Origin: Candidatus Sericytochromatia bacterium
GTDB taxonomy: Bacteria; Cyanobacteriota; Sericytochromatia; S15B-MN24; UBA4093
Assembly (NCBI GenBank): GCA_036676985.1
Contig: JAKFBU010000026.1
Coordinates: 192,001-256,000, forward strand
Direction: 5' to 3'
DNA: 64,000 nucleotides
The notes beneath the pieces were generated by a model. The model was given only the letters and a program-made list of their open reading frames with translations, searched no databases and was not told the DNA's origin. Positions within the stretch are counted from its first letter, which is position 1. Every line of letters starts with the position of its first letter. Position numbers and translations under genes: made by a program. This document shows, piece after piece, positions 38,154-46,065 of the stretch.

Positions 38154-38187
38154 GATGGGCTCCGTGCAGCGGGGCAGACTCCTGTCA

Positions 38188-38215
38188 ATTAAACCCCGGC
38201 GGACGGGGGTTTAAT
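38188..38215. terminator. Hairpin at end of mlaD
   Basis: ATTAAACCCC-8 nt-GGGGTTTAAT. Confidence 0.4.
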
Positions 38216-39536
38216 CCAGTGGTCGCCACTGTCCGCCGATGAAGTACTGGGTGTCGTTGGTGCTCATGGTGCGGATCCATGCGGCGGTGATGCCGTACTT
38301 CTGGTTCCACCAGTCGGGATAGTAGGAGGCAGCGAGGCGCACCGAAAGGGCAGCAGGGTCATAGACCTCGCCCTTGACCTCCAGGGCGCTGTTCGGCAGC
38401 CAGTCGACGCCGATGCCGATCTTGCTGCGCACCATGCCCAGGTGGAAGCCGAGGCCATCCGACAGGAAGTTGGGCTTGCCCCAGGTGACGTTCCAGACGT
38501 TGTCGTCGCCGATGCCCTCGACGCCGACCTGGAAGGCGTCGGCCGGAAGGCGGAGGGCCATGTTGAAGCTGCCGTAGCCGTAGGAGCCGTTGAACGTGGC
38601 GCTGTTCTGCTGGACGCCCATCAGGTCGAAGCGCGGCGAGAGCTTGGGCGGGTTGAGCGTCAGGTTCCCCACCTGGGTGACGACCCGGCGCGAGTTGGCC
38701 ACCAGGTCCTTCACGTCGGCCGTGACCTGGGGGTCCTTGGACACCAGCTCGACCTGGGCGGCGATGCCCTCCAGGCGGGCCGTGAGGTTCTTGAGGTTGG
38801 TGAGCGTTTCCTGGGCCTCGGAGAGCTGGTCGCCCTGGCCCGCGAGGGCCTGGTAGCTCTTGCGCAGGCCGCCCGAGAGGTAGCGCAGGTCACTGACGAT
38901 GGTCCGAAGATCATCGGGCGAGAGCGAGCCCGCCAGCGTGTCGGCGTTGGAGACGAAGCCCTGGGCGGCCACGGCCACCTCGTCGGTGTGCTTGATGAGC
39001 TCCTGCAGGTCGGCAAAGGCGCTCTCGAAGTTCTTGATGCCGTCCTGGAGGGCGAGCTTGGTCTCCGGGGACTCTGCAAGCTCGCGGAAGGCGACGACGG
39101 CCTTGTTGGCCTGCTCGATGGCGTTCTCGAGGCGCGGCAGGCTGATGCCGTAGACCGTGGCGTCGGCGGCGAGGAACTTGGCCTCCTTGCTCGAGTCCTC
39201 GGGCGGGAAGATCTCGAGGTTCTTCTCGCCGATGATGCCCTTGTTGAGGATCTTGAACTGGGAGCCTTCGAGGATGCGGGTCTGGCGGTCGGAGATCTCG
39301 AAATCGACCACCACCGTGCGGTCCTGGGGGTAAAGGGCCGTGACGCGTCCCACCTTGACGCCCATGAGCAGCACGTTGGCGCCCGGCATCAGGCCGTTGA
39401 CGTCCGCGAAGACGGCGCGCAGCTTGTAGCCCTGGGGACGGAAGGAGACCTGCGTGAGCCAGCTGAGGCTCACGACCATCAGCAGCAGGGCCACGACCGT
39501 GACCATTCCGACTTTTGCGGCGGCGGATAGCTTCAA
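38211..39536 (-). CDS. mlaD: MlaD/MCE family protein
   Basis: TM helix, DVNGLMPGANVLLMGVKVGRV, GIIGEKNLEIFP, coiled coil; TTG after AGGAGG. Confidence 0.88.
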   Translation of the reverse strand: MKLSAAAKVGMVTVVALLLMVVSLSWLTQVSFRPQGYKLRAVFADVNGLMPGANVLLMGVKVGRVTALYPQDRTVVVDFEISDRQTRILEGSQFKILNKGIIGEKNLEIFPPEDSSKEAKFLAADATVYGISLPRLENAIEQANKAVVAFRELAESPETKLALQDGIKNFESAFADLQELIKHTDEVAVAAQGFVSNADTLAGSLSPDDLRTIVSDLRYLSGGLRKSYQALAGQGDQLSEAQETLTNLKNLTARLEGIAAQVELVSKDPQVTADVKDLVANSRRVVTQVGNLTLNPPKLSPRFDLMGVQQNSATFNGSYGYGSFNMALRLPADAFQVGVEGIGDDNVWNVTWGKPNFLSDGLGFHLGMVRSKIGIGVDWLPNSALEVKGEVYDPAALSVRLAASYYPDWWNQKYGITAAWIRTMSTNDTQYFIGGQWRPLD

Positions 39537-39555
39537 GGCGTCCCTCCTGTCCGGG

Positions 39556-40314
39556 TCATTGTATCGCGCCCGGTCCCGGGTCGCCACGCAAAAAGGACGA
39601 AATGATGGGCTCGGTGCTGTTCTGCATCTCAGCGGGTGTTCCCGCACCCACCACCTTGCCCTGGTGCAGCATCACGATCCGCTCGCCGGTGCGGAAGATC
39701 GTGGAGAGCTGGTGGGTGACGACGATGGAGGTGGCGCGGGTCTGCTGGGCGATGCGGACGATCAGGTCCTCGATGATGGTCGAGGTGATGGGATCGAGGC
39801 CCGTCGTGGGCTCGTCGTAGAGGATGAGGGCCGGGTTGCGGGCGATGGCGCGGGCGATGGAGACGCGCTTCTGCATGCCGCCCGAGAGCTCCGATGGAAA
39901 CAGGTGGCTCGTGCCCGTGAGGCCCACCACCGCGAGCTTCTCCTCGACGGTCGCCCGGATCTCCTCGTCGGTCAAGACCGTGTGCTCGCGCAGGGCGAAG
40001 CCCACGTTCTCGCCGACGGTCATGCTGTCGAAGAGGGCCGCCGACTGGAAGACCATGCCGACCTGGTGCCGGAACGTGACCCAGTCCTCCGGCGACAGCC
40101 GGGTCAGGTCCTCGCCATTGCAGAAGATGGCCCCCGTGTCCGGCTTCATGAGGCCCATGATCATGCGCAGGATGGTGCTCTTGCCGCAGCCCGAGGGGCC
40201 GATGACGACCGTGGAGCGGCCCGCCTCGAACTCGCAGGTGACGCCGCGGAGCACCGGCTTGGGGCCGAAGCTCTTCTCGAGGCCGTCGAGGGTGAGGTGC
40301 AGCGCCTCGCTCAT
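39556..40314 (-). CDS. mlaF: MlaF/Mkl-type ABC transporter ATP-binding protein
   Basis: GPSGCGKS, FQSAALFDS, LSGGMQKR, YDEPTTGLDP. Confidence 0.9.
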   Translation of the reverse strand: MSEALHLTLDGLEKSFGPKPVLRGVTCEFEAGRSTVVIGPSGCGKSTILRMIMGLMKPDTGAIFCNGEDLTRLSPEDWVTFRHQVGMVFQSAALFDSMTVGENVGFALREHTVLTDEEIRATVEEKLAVVGLTGTSHLFPSELSGGMQKRVSIARAIARNPALILYDEPTTGLDPITSTIIEDLIVRIAQQTRATSIVVTHQLSTIFRTGERIVMLHQGKVVGAGTPAEMQNSTEPIISSFLRGDPGPGAIQ

Positions 40315-41105
40315 CGGGCCGAGGCTCCGGGGAAGAGGAGGGCCGAGAGGAAGTAGTTGAGGACGAAGATGGTGATCAGGCTGAAGACCACCGAGTCGGT
40401 GGTGGCCTTGCCGACGCCGCGCGCGCCGGAGGTGGTGGTGAGGCCCTGCTGGCAGCCGATGAGGCCGACCACCACGCCGAAGATGCCCGCCTTGAAGAGG
40501 CCGCGCAGGACGTCGCCCGCGACCACCAGGTCCTGCAGGCTGTTGGTGAAGAGCTGGGGCGTGATGCCCTTGACGCCCACGGCCACCGCGTAGCCTCCCG
40601 ACACGCCGACGACGTCCGCGAGGAAGGCCAGGACGGGCAGCATCAGGGTGCAGGCGAGCACCCGGGGCACGACCAGGTAGTAGATGGGATCGGTCGCCAG
40701 CGACGTGAGGGCGTCGATCTGCTCGGTGACCTTCATGGTGCCGAGCTCGGCCGCGATGGCGGCCCCCACCCGTCCGGCGATGACGACGCCCGTGAGGGTG
40801 GGCACCAGCTCGCGCACCAGGGCGATGGTCGAGACGCCGCCGATGACGGAGGTGGCCCCGTAGCGGATGAACTCGTTGGAGATTTGGAGCGTGAAGACCA
40901 TGCCCACGGACACGGCCGTGATGAGGGCGATGGGCAGGCTCTCCACCCCGATGAAGGCCATCTGCTGGAAGGTATTGCGCCAGTGGATCCGGCCCGAGAG
41001 GGCGAGCTTGAGGAAGGAGCCGAACAGCACGACGAAGCCCCCCAGTCGCTCGAGCGAACCAAGGGCTTGATTTCCCACCCGTTCCAAGACCGATTCGACC
41101 CGCAT
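40311..41105 (-). CDS. mlaE: MlaE family ABC permease
   Basis: RELVP, AGRVGAAIAAELGTMKVTEQIDAL, VVPR, GARGVGKATT. Confidence 0.92.
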   Translation of the reverse strand: MRVESVLERVGNQALGSLERLGGFVVLFGSFLKLALSGRIHWRNTFQQMAFIGVESLPIALITAVSVGMVFTLQISNEFIRYGATSVIGGVSTIALVRELVPTLTGVVIAGRVGAAIAAELGTMKVTEQIDALTSLATDPIYYLVVPRVLACTLMLPVLAFLADVVGVSGGYAVAVGVKGITPQLFTNSLQDLVVAGDVLRGLFKAGIFGVVVGLIGCQQGLTTTSGARGVGKATTDSVVFSLITIFVLNYFLSALLFPGASAR

Positions 41106-41258
41106 GGCCCCTCCGAGGCGCACCGTGGGGCTGTTTGCGCCCCAATGCCCGAATCTTACCACACAAGGGTGAGCAGTTCCTACGGATGACGTGCCAGCGA
41201 TATGAACCTAGGATGAAGGATCCTAACGCCTTCTTGCTTAGAGCCCCCGGAGCTGCCT

Positions 41259-42791
41259 ATGACGCCGGCGCTTGCCACCATGATCGACTCCTTGACCCGC
41301 CTCGAGGCCGCGGCCGAGGAGCTTTACCGTGGCCAAGCAGCGCTCGGCCTCGAGTCCGCGGTGCGCGAGGCCCTCGTGGTCCGCGACCTCTCCGGCCGGA
41401 TCCTGCTCTGGAGCAAGGCGGCCGAGAGGCTGTTCGGCTTCGAGGCGTCCGAAGCCCTGGGGGCCCAGGAAGAAGCGTTGCTCGGTGCGGTCTGGCCCGA
41501 CCACGCTCGGGCCGAACTCATGACGGTCGGTGTCTGGCACGGGGACCTGAGTCAAGTAGACGCCGAGCGCCGTCCGCTCGTCGTGCGGGCCCAATGGGTC
41601 TTGCACCGGGACGAGGCGGGCCGACCGGCGGCCGTCATCGCGCAGTACGCGGACATGACGTCGGCTTTGCGGGACGCCAATCGGCTCGTACGGGCGATCT
41701 TCGATCAGACGTTCAACTACATCGGTCTCTTGGACCCGCAAGGTATCCTGCTCGAGGTCAACGAAACCGCCGTGCGAGCCGCCGGCGTCACGTCCGAACA
41801 GGTCATCAACCGGCCGTTCTGGGAGGCCCCCTGGTGGAGCCACTCGCCCGAGCTGCAGGAGCGTCTGCGGGAGGCCATCCGGGAGGCTGCGGGCGGGCGG
41901 TTCATGCGCTTCGAGGCCTTGCACCCGGATCCGGCCGGCGGGTTGCTCTGGGTGGATTTCACGCTCAAGCCCGTCTTCGACGAGCAGGGCCGCGTCGAGT
42001 GGCTCATTCCCGAGGGGCGTGACATCACGGAACGCAAGCGCCTCGAGGAGGCCTTGCAGCAGCAGTTCGAGCGTCGCCAGGAGCTCGACCGCCTGAAGGA
42101 TTCGTTCCTGAGCGCGGTGTCTCACGAGCTGCGGACCCCCTTGGGGTCCATCAAGGGCTATGCGGAGTTCCTGGCGGACGAGATCGCGGGACCCTTGAAC
42201 CCGCAGCAGATGGAGTTCGTGCGGCAGCTCGACCGTGGTGTCCACCGCCTCGAGTACCTCGTGGACGACCTCTTGGATTTGGCCCGTCTCGAGGCCGGGA
42301 CGTTCCGCCTCTCGCTCGCCGAGGGCGATCTGGCCGAGCAAGTGCGCGAGGACGTCGATGCCCTCTACCCGCAGGCATGCGAGTCGCGCCTGCGCCTGGA
42401 GGTCCAGCTGCCGATGGAGCCCGTGCGACTCCGGATGGACGGTCAGCGGATCGGCCAGGTGCTCACCAACCTGCTCCAGAATGCCATCAAGTTCACGCCC
42501 GCCAAGGGCATCATCCAGGTCCACGTGGACCGGGAGCCGGGCGGTGTCCGCTGCTCGGTGCGGGACTCGGGCATCGGGATCCCGCCGGAGGATCTGCCGA
42601 TCCTCTTCCAGCGATTCACCCAGCTCGAGAGCGGTCGCAAGAAGGGGTGCGGGACGGGCCTGGGCCTTTCCATCTGCAAGGCCATCGTCGAGGCGCACGG
42701 CGGCGAGATCGGGGTCGAGAGCACGCTCGGCAAGGGCTCGACGTTCTGGTTCACGCTGCCAGACCGGCCGCCGGCCGGCCTGGCCCCTTAA
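41259..42791 (+). CDS. PAS-PAS sensor histidine kinase
   Basis: Two PAS domains (PFWEAPWW type), SHELRTP, NAIKF, GTGLGL. Confidence 0.92.
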   Translation: MTPALATMIDSLTRLEAAAEELYRGQAALGLESAVREALVVRDLSGRILLWSKAAERLFGFEASEALGAQEEALLGAVWPDHARAELMTVGVWHGDLSQVDAERRPLVVRAQWVLHRDEAGRPAAVIAQYADMTSALRDANRLVRAIFDQTFNYIGLLDPQGILLEVNETAVRAAGVTSEQVINRPFWEAPWWSHSPELQERLREAIREAAGGRFMRFEALHPDPAGGLLWVDFTLKPVFDEQGRVEWLIPEGRDITERKRLEEALQQQFERRQELDRLKDSFLSAVSHELRTPLGSIKGYAEFLADEIAGPLNPQQMEFVRQLDRGVHRLEYLVDDLLDLARLEAGTFRLSLAEGDLAEQVREDVDALYPQACESRLRLEVQLPMEPVRLRMDGQRIGQVLTNLLQNAIKFTPAKGIIQVHVDREPGGVRCSVRDSGIGIPPEDLPILFQRFTQLESGRKKGCGTGLGLSICKAIVEAHGGEIGVESTLGKGSTFWFTLPDRPPAGLAP

Positions 42792-42881
42792 TTAACATCT
42801 GATTGCCAAACTTTATCCTGGGCCTAACCGACCAGCCGTGCGAAAGCCCGATAAGTCCTCCCAGTACGAGGAGGCACAGGT

Positions 42882-44171
42882 ATGACCACGATTGGCTCGA
42901 TTCTCTCCGCGCAGCGCCCCCAGGCGGGTGCATCGCGCGTCCTGTCGGGCGCCGCGACGGCCCCAGCCGGACGCATGGCGGGCGACAAGGTCCAGATCTC
43001 CGAGGGATCCGTTCCGTGGCGCGCGAGCGCCGGCAACCGCTTCGAGCCCCTGGTGGACCGCGAGCAGGTGATCCGCTCGGTCATGGACACCATCAAGGGC
43101 GCCCAGCACACGCTCCAGCTACAGAGCTACCTCTTCGGCGGCAAGGTCTCCCAGGAGATCGCCGCGGCGCTGGTGGAGCGTCAGAAGGCCGGCGTGGCCG
43201 TGCAGGTGCTCCTGGATCCCAAGCTGTCCATGGTCGGCGAGGATGACGACGGCAAGGCGATCGCCTACCTCAAGGCCAACGGCGTCGACGTGCGGACCTA
43301 CCCGGTCAAGAAGCTGAACGAGGGCGAGCCCCGCTGGCAGCAGGGCAACGCCATCGACCACGCCAAGATGCTGGTGGCGGACGGCCGGGTGGCCATCGTG
43401 GGCGGTATGAACCTTTCGGATGCGGGCGTCGAGGCCCATGACTTCATGGTCCGCATAGAGGGCCAGGGCGCGGGCCAGTTGGCCGACGCCTTCGACGAGG
43501 ACTGGTCGCTGTCGGGCGGTCGCGTCGCCGAGCGGCCCAAGACCGCGGCGCAGGCCCCGACCACCGAGGGCCGCATGCTCATCGCGGAGAACAGCGCGTC
43601 CCGGCACAACCTCGCCCAGCTCGTGATCTCCGAGATCAAGCAGGCCAAGAAGTCGGTGGCCGTCGAGGCGCTCTTCCTGGATCACCCGGACTATATCCAG
43701 GCGCTCGTGGACGCCCATCGGCGGGGCGTGACGGTCCAGGTGTTGCTGGATCAGAGCGCCGTCAAGAAGTTCATGGACCTGGTGCCCGGCGGGAAGTACG
43801 CGCGGGGGCTACCGGTGGAGACGTTGCCGAACCTGCCGGCGATCGCCAAGCTGCGTGAGGCGGGCGTGCCGGTGCACCTCTACGAGCCGCACGGGGACCT
43901 GACGTACCTGCACGGGAAGCTGGCGCTCATCGACGACCGGGTGACGCTCTTGGGCTCGGCGAACTTCACGCGTCAGGCGGCGCAGAACAACCGCGAGCTC
44001 ATGATGGCCATGGACGATCCGGAGGCGACGAAGCGCTTCAAGGCGGTGTTCGACGACGACTGGCAGCACCACAGCACCGAGGTCAGGGAGCTGCCGAAGT
44101 GGCAGACCAAGCTCGCGCCCTGGATCGGCAAGGCGCAAGAGACGATCTTCGGGGCTCCGGCAGAATATTAA
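42882..44171 (+). CDS. Phospholipase D family protein (two HKD motifs)
   Basis: HAKMLVAD...GGMN and HGKLALID...GSAN. Confidence 0.9.
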   Translation: MTTIGSILSAQRPQAGASRVLSGAATAPAGRMAGDKVQISEGSVPWRASAGNRFEPLVDREQVIRSVMDTIKGAQHTLQLQSYLFGGKVSQEIAAALVERQKAGVAVQVLLDPKLSMVGEDDDGKAIAYLKANGVDVRTYPVKKLNEGEPRWQQGNAIDHAKMLVADGRVAIVGGMNLSDAGVEAHDFMVRIEGQGAGQLADAFDEDWSLSGGRVAERPKTAAQAPTTEGRMLIAENSASRHNLAQLVISEIKQAKKSVAVEALFLDHPDYIQALVDAHRRGVTVQVLLDQSAVKKFMDLVPGGKYARGLPVETLPNLPAIAKLREAGVPVHLYEPHGDLTYLHGKLALIDDRVTLLGSANFTRQAAQNNRELMMAMDDPEATKRFKAVFDDDWQHHSTEVRELPKWQTKLAPWIGKAQETIFGAPAEY

Positions 44172-44197
44172 TCAATTCCTGGCTGAAGAGAGCGCTA

Positions 44198-44289
44198 CGT
44201 CATTCCCGCGAAAGCGGGAATCCAGCGGGACCGACCGCGGCGACTTCTGTACGGCGCTGCGCTGGCCCCCCGCTTTCGCGAGGGTGACG
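44198..44289. repeat. Inward-facing REP doublet (REPIN-like)
   Basis: CGTCATTCCCGCGAAAGCGGGAATCCAGCG (44198-44227) and reverse CGTCACCCTCGCGAAAGCGGGGGGCCAGCG (44260-44289). Confidence 0.85.
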
Positions 44290-44337
44290 GCGAGCGCAAG
44301 CTCACGTCGAACGTTGCGCTGCTGGGGCGAGTAGGCC

Positions 44338-45483
44338 CTAGCTAGTTATCGCTGCCGCCAGCCCCAAAAGCGGCCAGAATTCCTGTGGCACGTGGTGCTT
44401 GTGGCTTTCGGGGAACGTGCCGGCCAGGATCGAGGCCCTTACCGACTCCATCAGCCGCACCAGGTAGCGGATGTTGTGGATGCTGAGCAGCGTATGCGCC
44501 AACAGCTCCTCGGACCGCACCAGGTGGTTCAGGTACCGCCGCTCGAAGCCCGTCACGCAGGTGTAGCAGTCGCAGCCCTCCTGCAGGATGGCCGAGTCCT
44601 CGCGGTACCGCGCATTCTTGATGTTCAGCCGGCCCTCGGGATGGAAGACGCTGCCGTGCCGCGCCAGGCGCGTCGGCAGCACGCAGTCGAACATGTCCAC
44701 GCCCAGGGCCGCGCCCACCACCAGGTCCTCGGGCATGCCCACACCCATCAGGTAACGCGGCTTGTGCTCGGGCAAGAGGCCCGTGCTGTGCGCCAGCGTG
44801 GGATACATCTTGTCCTTGGGCTCGCCCACCGACAAACCCCCGATGGCGTAGCCCGGGAAGTCCATGGGGACGAGCGCCTCGGCGCTGCGGGTGCGCAGCT
44901 CTGGGTAGATGTTGCCCTGGATGATGCCGAAGAGGGCCTGGTCCTCGGGACGCTTGTGCGCCGCGAGGCAGCGCTCCGCCCAGCGGGTCGTGCGGTCCAC
45001 GCCCTCGAGCGCCGTCTCGAACGAGCTCATGCCGGGCACGCACTCGTCGAAGGCCATCATGATGTCCGCGCCCAGGCTGTTCTGGATCTCCATCGAGACC
45101 TCGGGCGAGACGAAGTGGGTCGAGCCGTCGATGGGGCTCTTGAACTTGACGCCTTCCTCGGTCAGCTTGCGTAGCTCGGTCAGCGAGAAGACCTGGAAGC
45201 CGCCCGAATCCGTGAGCATGCTCTTCGGCCACTTCTCGAACTTGTGCAGGCCGCCCGCGCTCTCGACCAGCTTGTGACCCGGCCGCAGGAAGAGGTGGTA
45301 GGCGTTGGCGAGGATGATGGTCGCCCCGGTGTCCTCCACCTGATGAGGCGTGAGCGCCTTGACGGTCGCCAGCGTCCCCACCGGCATGAACACCGGGGTC
45401 GGCACCTCGCCGTGAGGGGTCGTGAGCACGCCGGCCCGCGCACGGCCACACTTGGCCTCGAGTTGGAAGCGGATCGCGCCCAC
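44338..45483 (-). CDS. tgt: Queuine tRNA-ribosyltransferase
   Basis: TPVFMPVGT, TDSGGFQVFSL, GGLSVGE, DMFDCVLPTR, CDCYTC, HN. Confidence 0.97.
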   Translation of the reverse strand: MGAIRFQLEAKCGRARAGVLTTPHGEVPTPVFMPVGTLATVKALTPHQVEDTGATIILANAYHLFLRPGHKLVESAGGLHKFEKWPKSMLTDSGGFQVFSLTELRKLTEEGVKFKSPIDGSTHFVSPEVSMEIQNSLGADIMMAFDECVPGMSSFETALEGVDRTTRWAERCLAAHKRPEDQALFGIIQGNIYPELRTRSAEALVPMDFPGYAIGGLSVGEPKDKMYPTLAHSTGLLPEHKPRYLMGVGMPEDLVVGAALGVDMFDCVLPTRLARHGSVFHPEGRLNIKNARYREDSAILQEGCDCYTCVTGFERRYLNHLVRSEELLAHTLLSIHNIRYLVRLMESVRASILAGTFPESHKHHVPQEFWPLLGLAAAITS

Positions 45484-45495
45484 CTTGATACTCCC

Positions 45496-45972
45496 TTACT
45501 TCTTGGGTTTGAAGTCGGCTCCCGTCCAGCCGAACGTCTGCGTCTTACCGTCGGCCTCCACCGAGAGGGAGCCGGGTTTGAGGCCGAGCGTGACGGGCAC
45601 GACCTTGTGGGTCCCCTTCACGCCCCACACCTCGAGCGTGACCTCGGTCTTCGGGTCGCCGAAGGCCTTGGCGCCCACGTTGGTCGCACCCAGCTTGCTG
45701 AGCGAACCCTTGGTGGTGTAGAGGACCTGCGTCTTGCCCGACTTGGTGGACTTGGCCGTGACCGACACCTGGCCCGAGGGCGTCATGGCGAAGCCGATGA
45801 CCTCGGGCTGCTGGTCGCCGTCGTAGTCGAAGGCGGGCGGAGCGGTCATGGACTGGAGAATGTCCAGCGGCAGCTTCGAGGTGTCCGCGTGCGGCTTGGA
45901 CTCGGGTAGGGGCGGGGGCGACTCGGCAGGAGCCTGCGCCAGCATCGTCGCGAGAGTCAGGGCAGCTAGCAT
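45496..45972 (-). CDS. Hypothetical secreted protein
   Basis: AAGGAGG RBS, short hydrophobic N-terminus, typical codon usage. Confidence 0.7.
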   Translation of the reverse strand: MLAALTLATMLAQAPAESPPPLPESKPHADTSKLPLDILQSMTAPPAFDYDGDQQPEVIGFAMTPSGQVSVTAKSTKSGKTQVLYTTKGSLSKLGATNVGAKAFGDPKTEVTLEVWGVKGTHKVVPVTLGLKPGSLSVEADGKTQTFGWTGADFKPKK

Positions 45973-46065
45973 CGTGGTTTGACCTCCTTGGAGCGTCGCC
46001 TCCCGACCGGGCGGCCGGGCGCACGGGGACCGACAGTTTGTACCCCGAAGGGGCCGAGACCATTC

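Noticed and set aside
32847-38192. Long antisense ORFs (e.g. 32847..35270, 35460..38192; also 5307..7646, 45979..48822)
   Set aside because: Shadow ORFs opposite well-supported genes, typical of high-GC DNA, with no motifs
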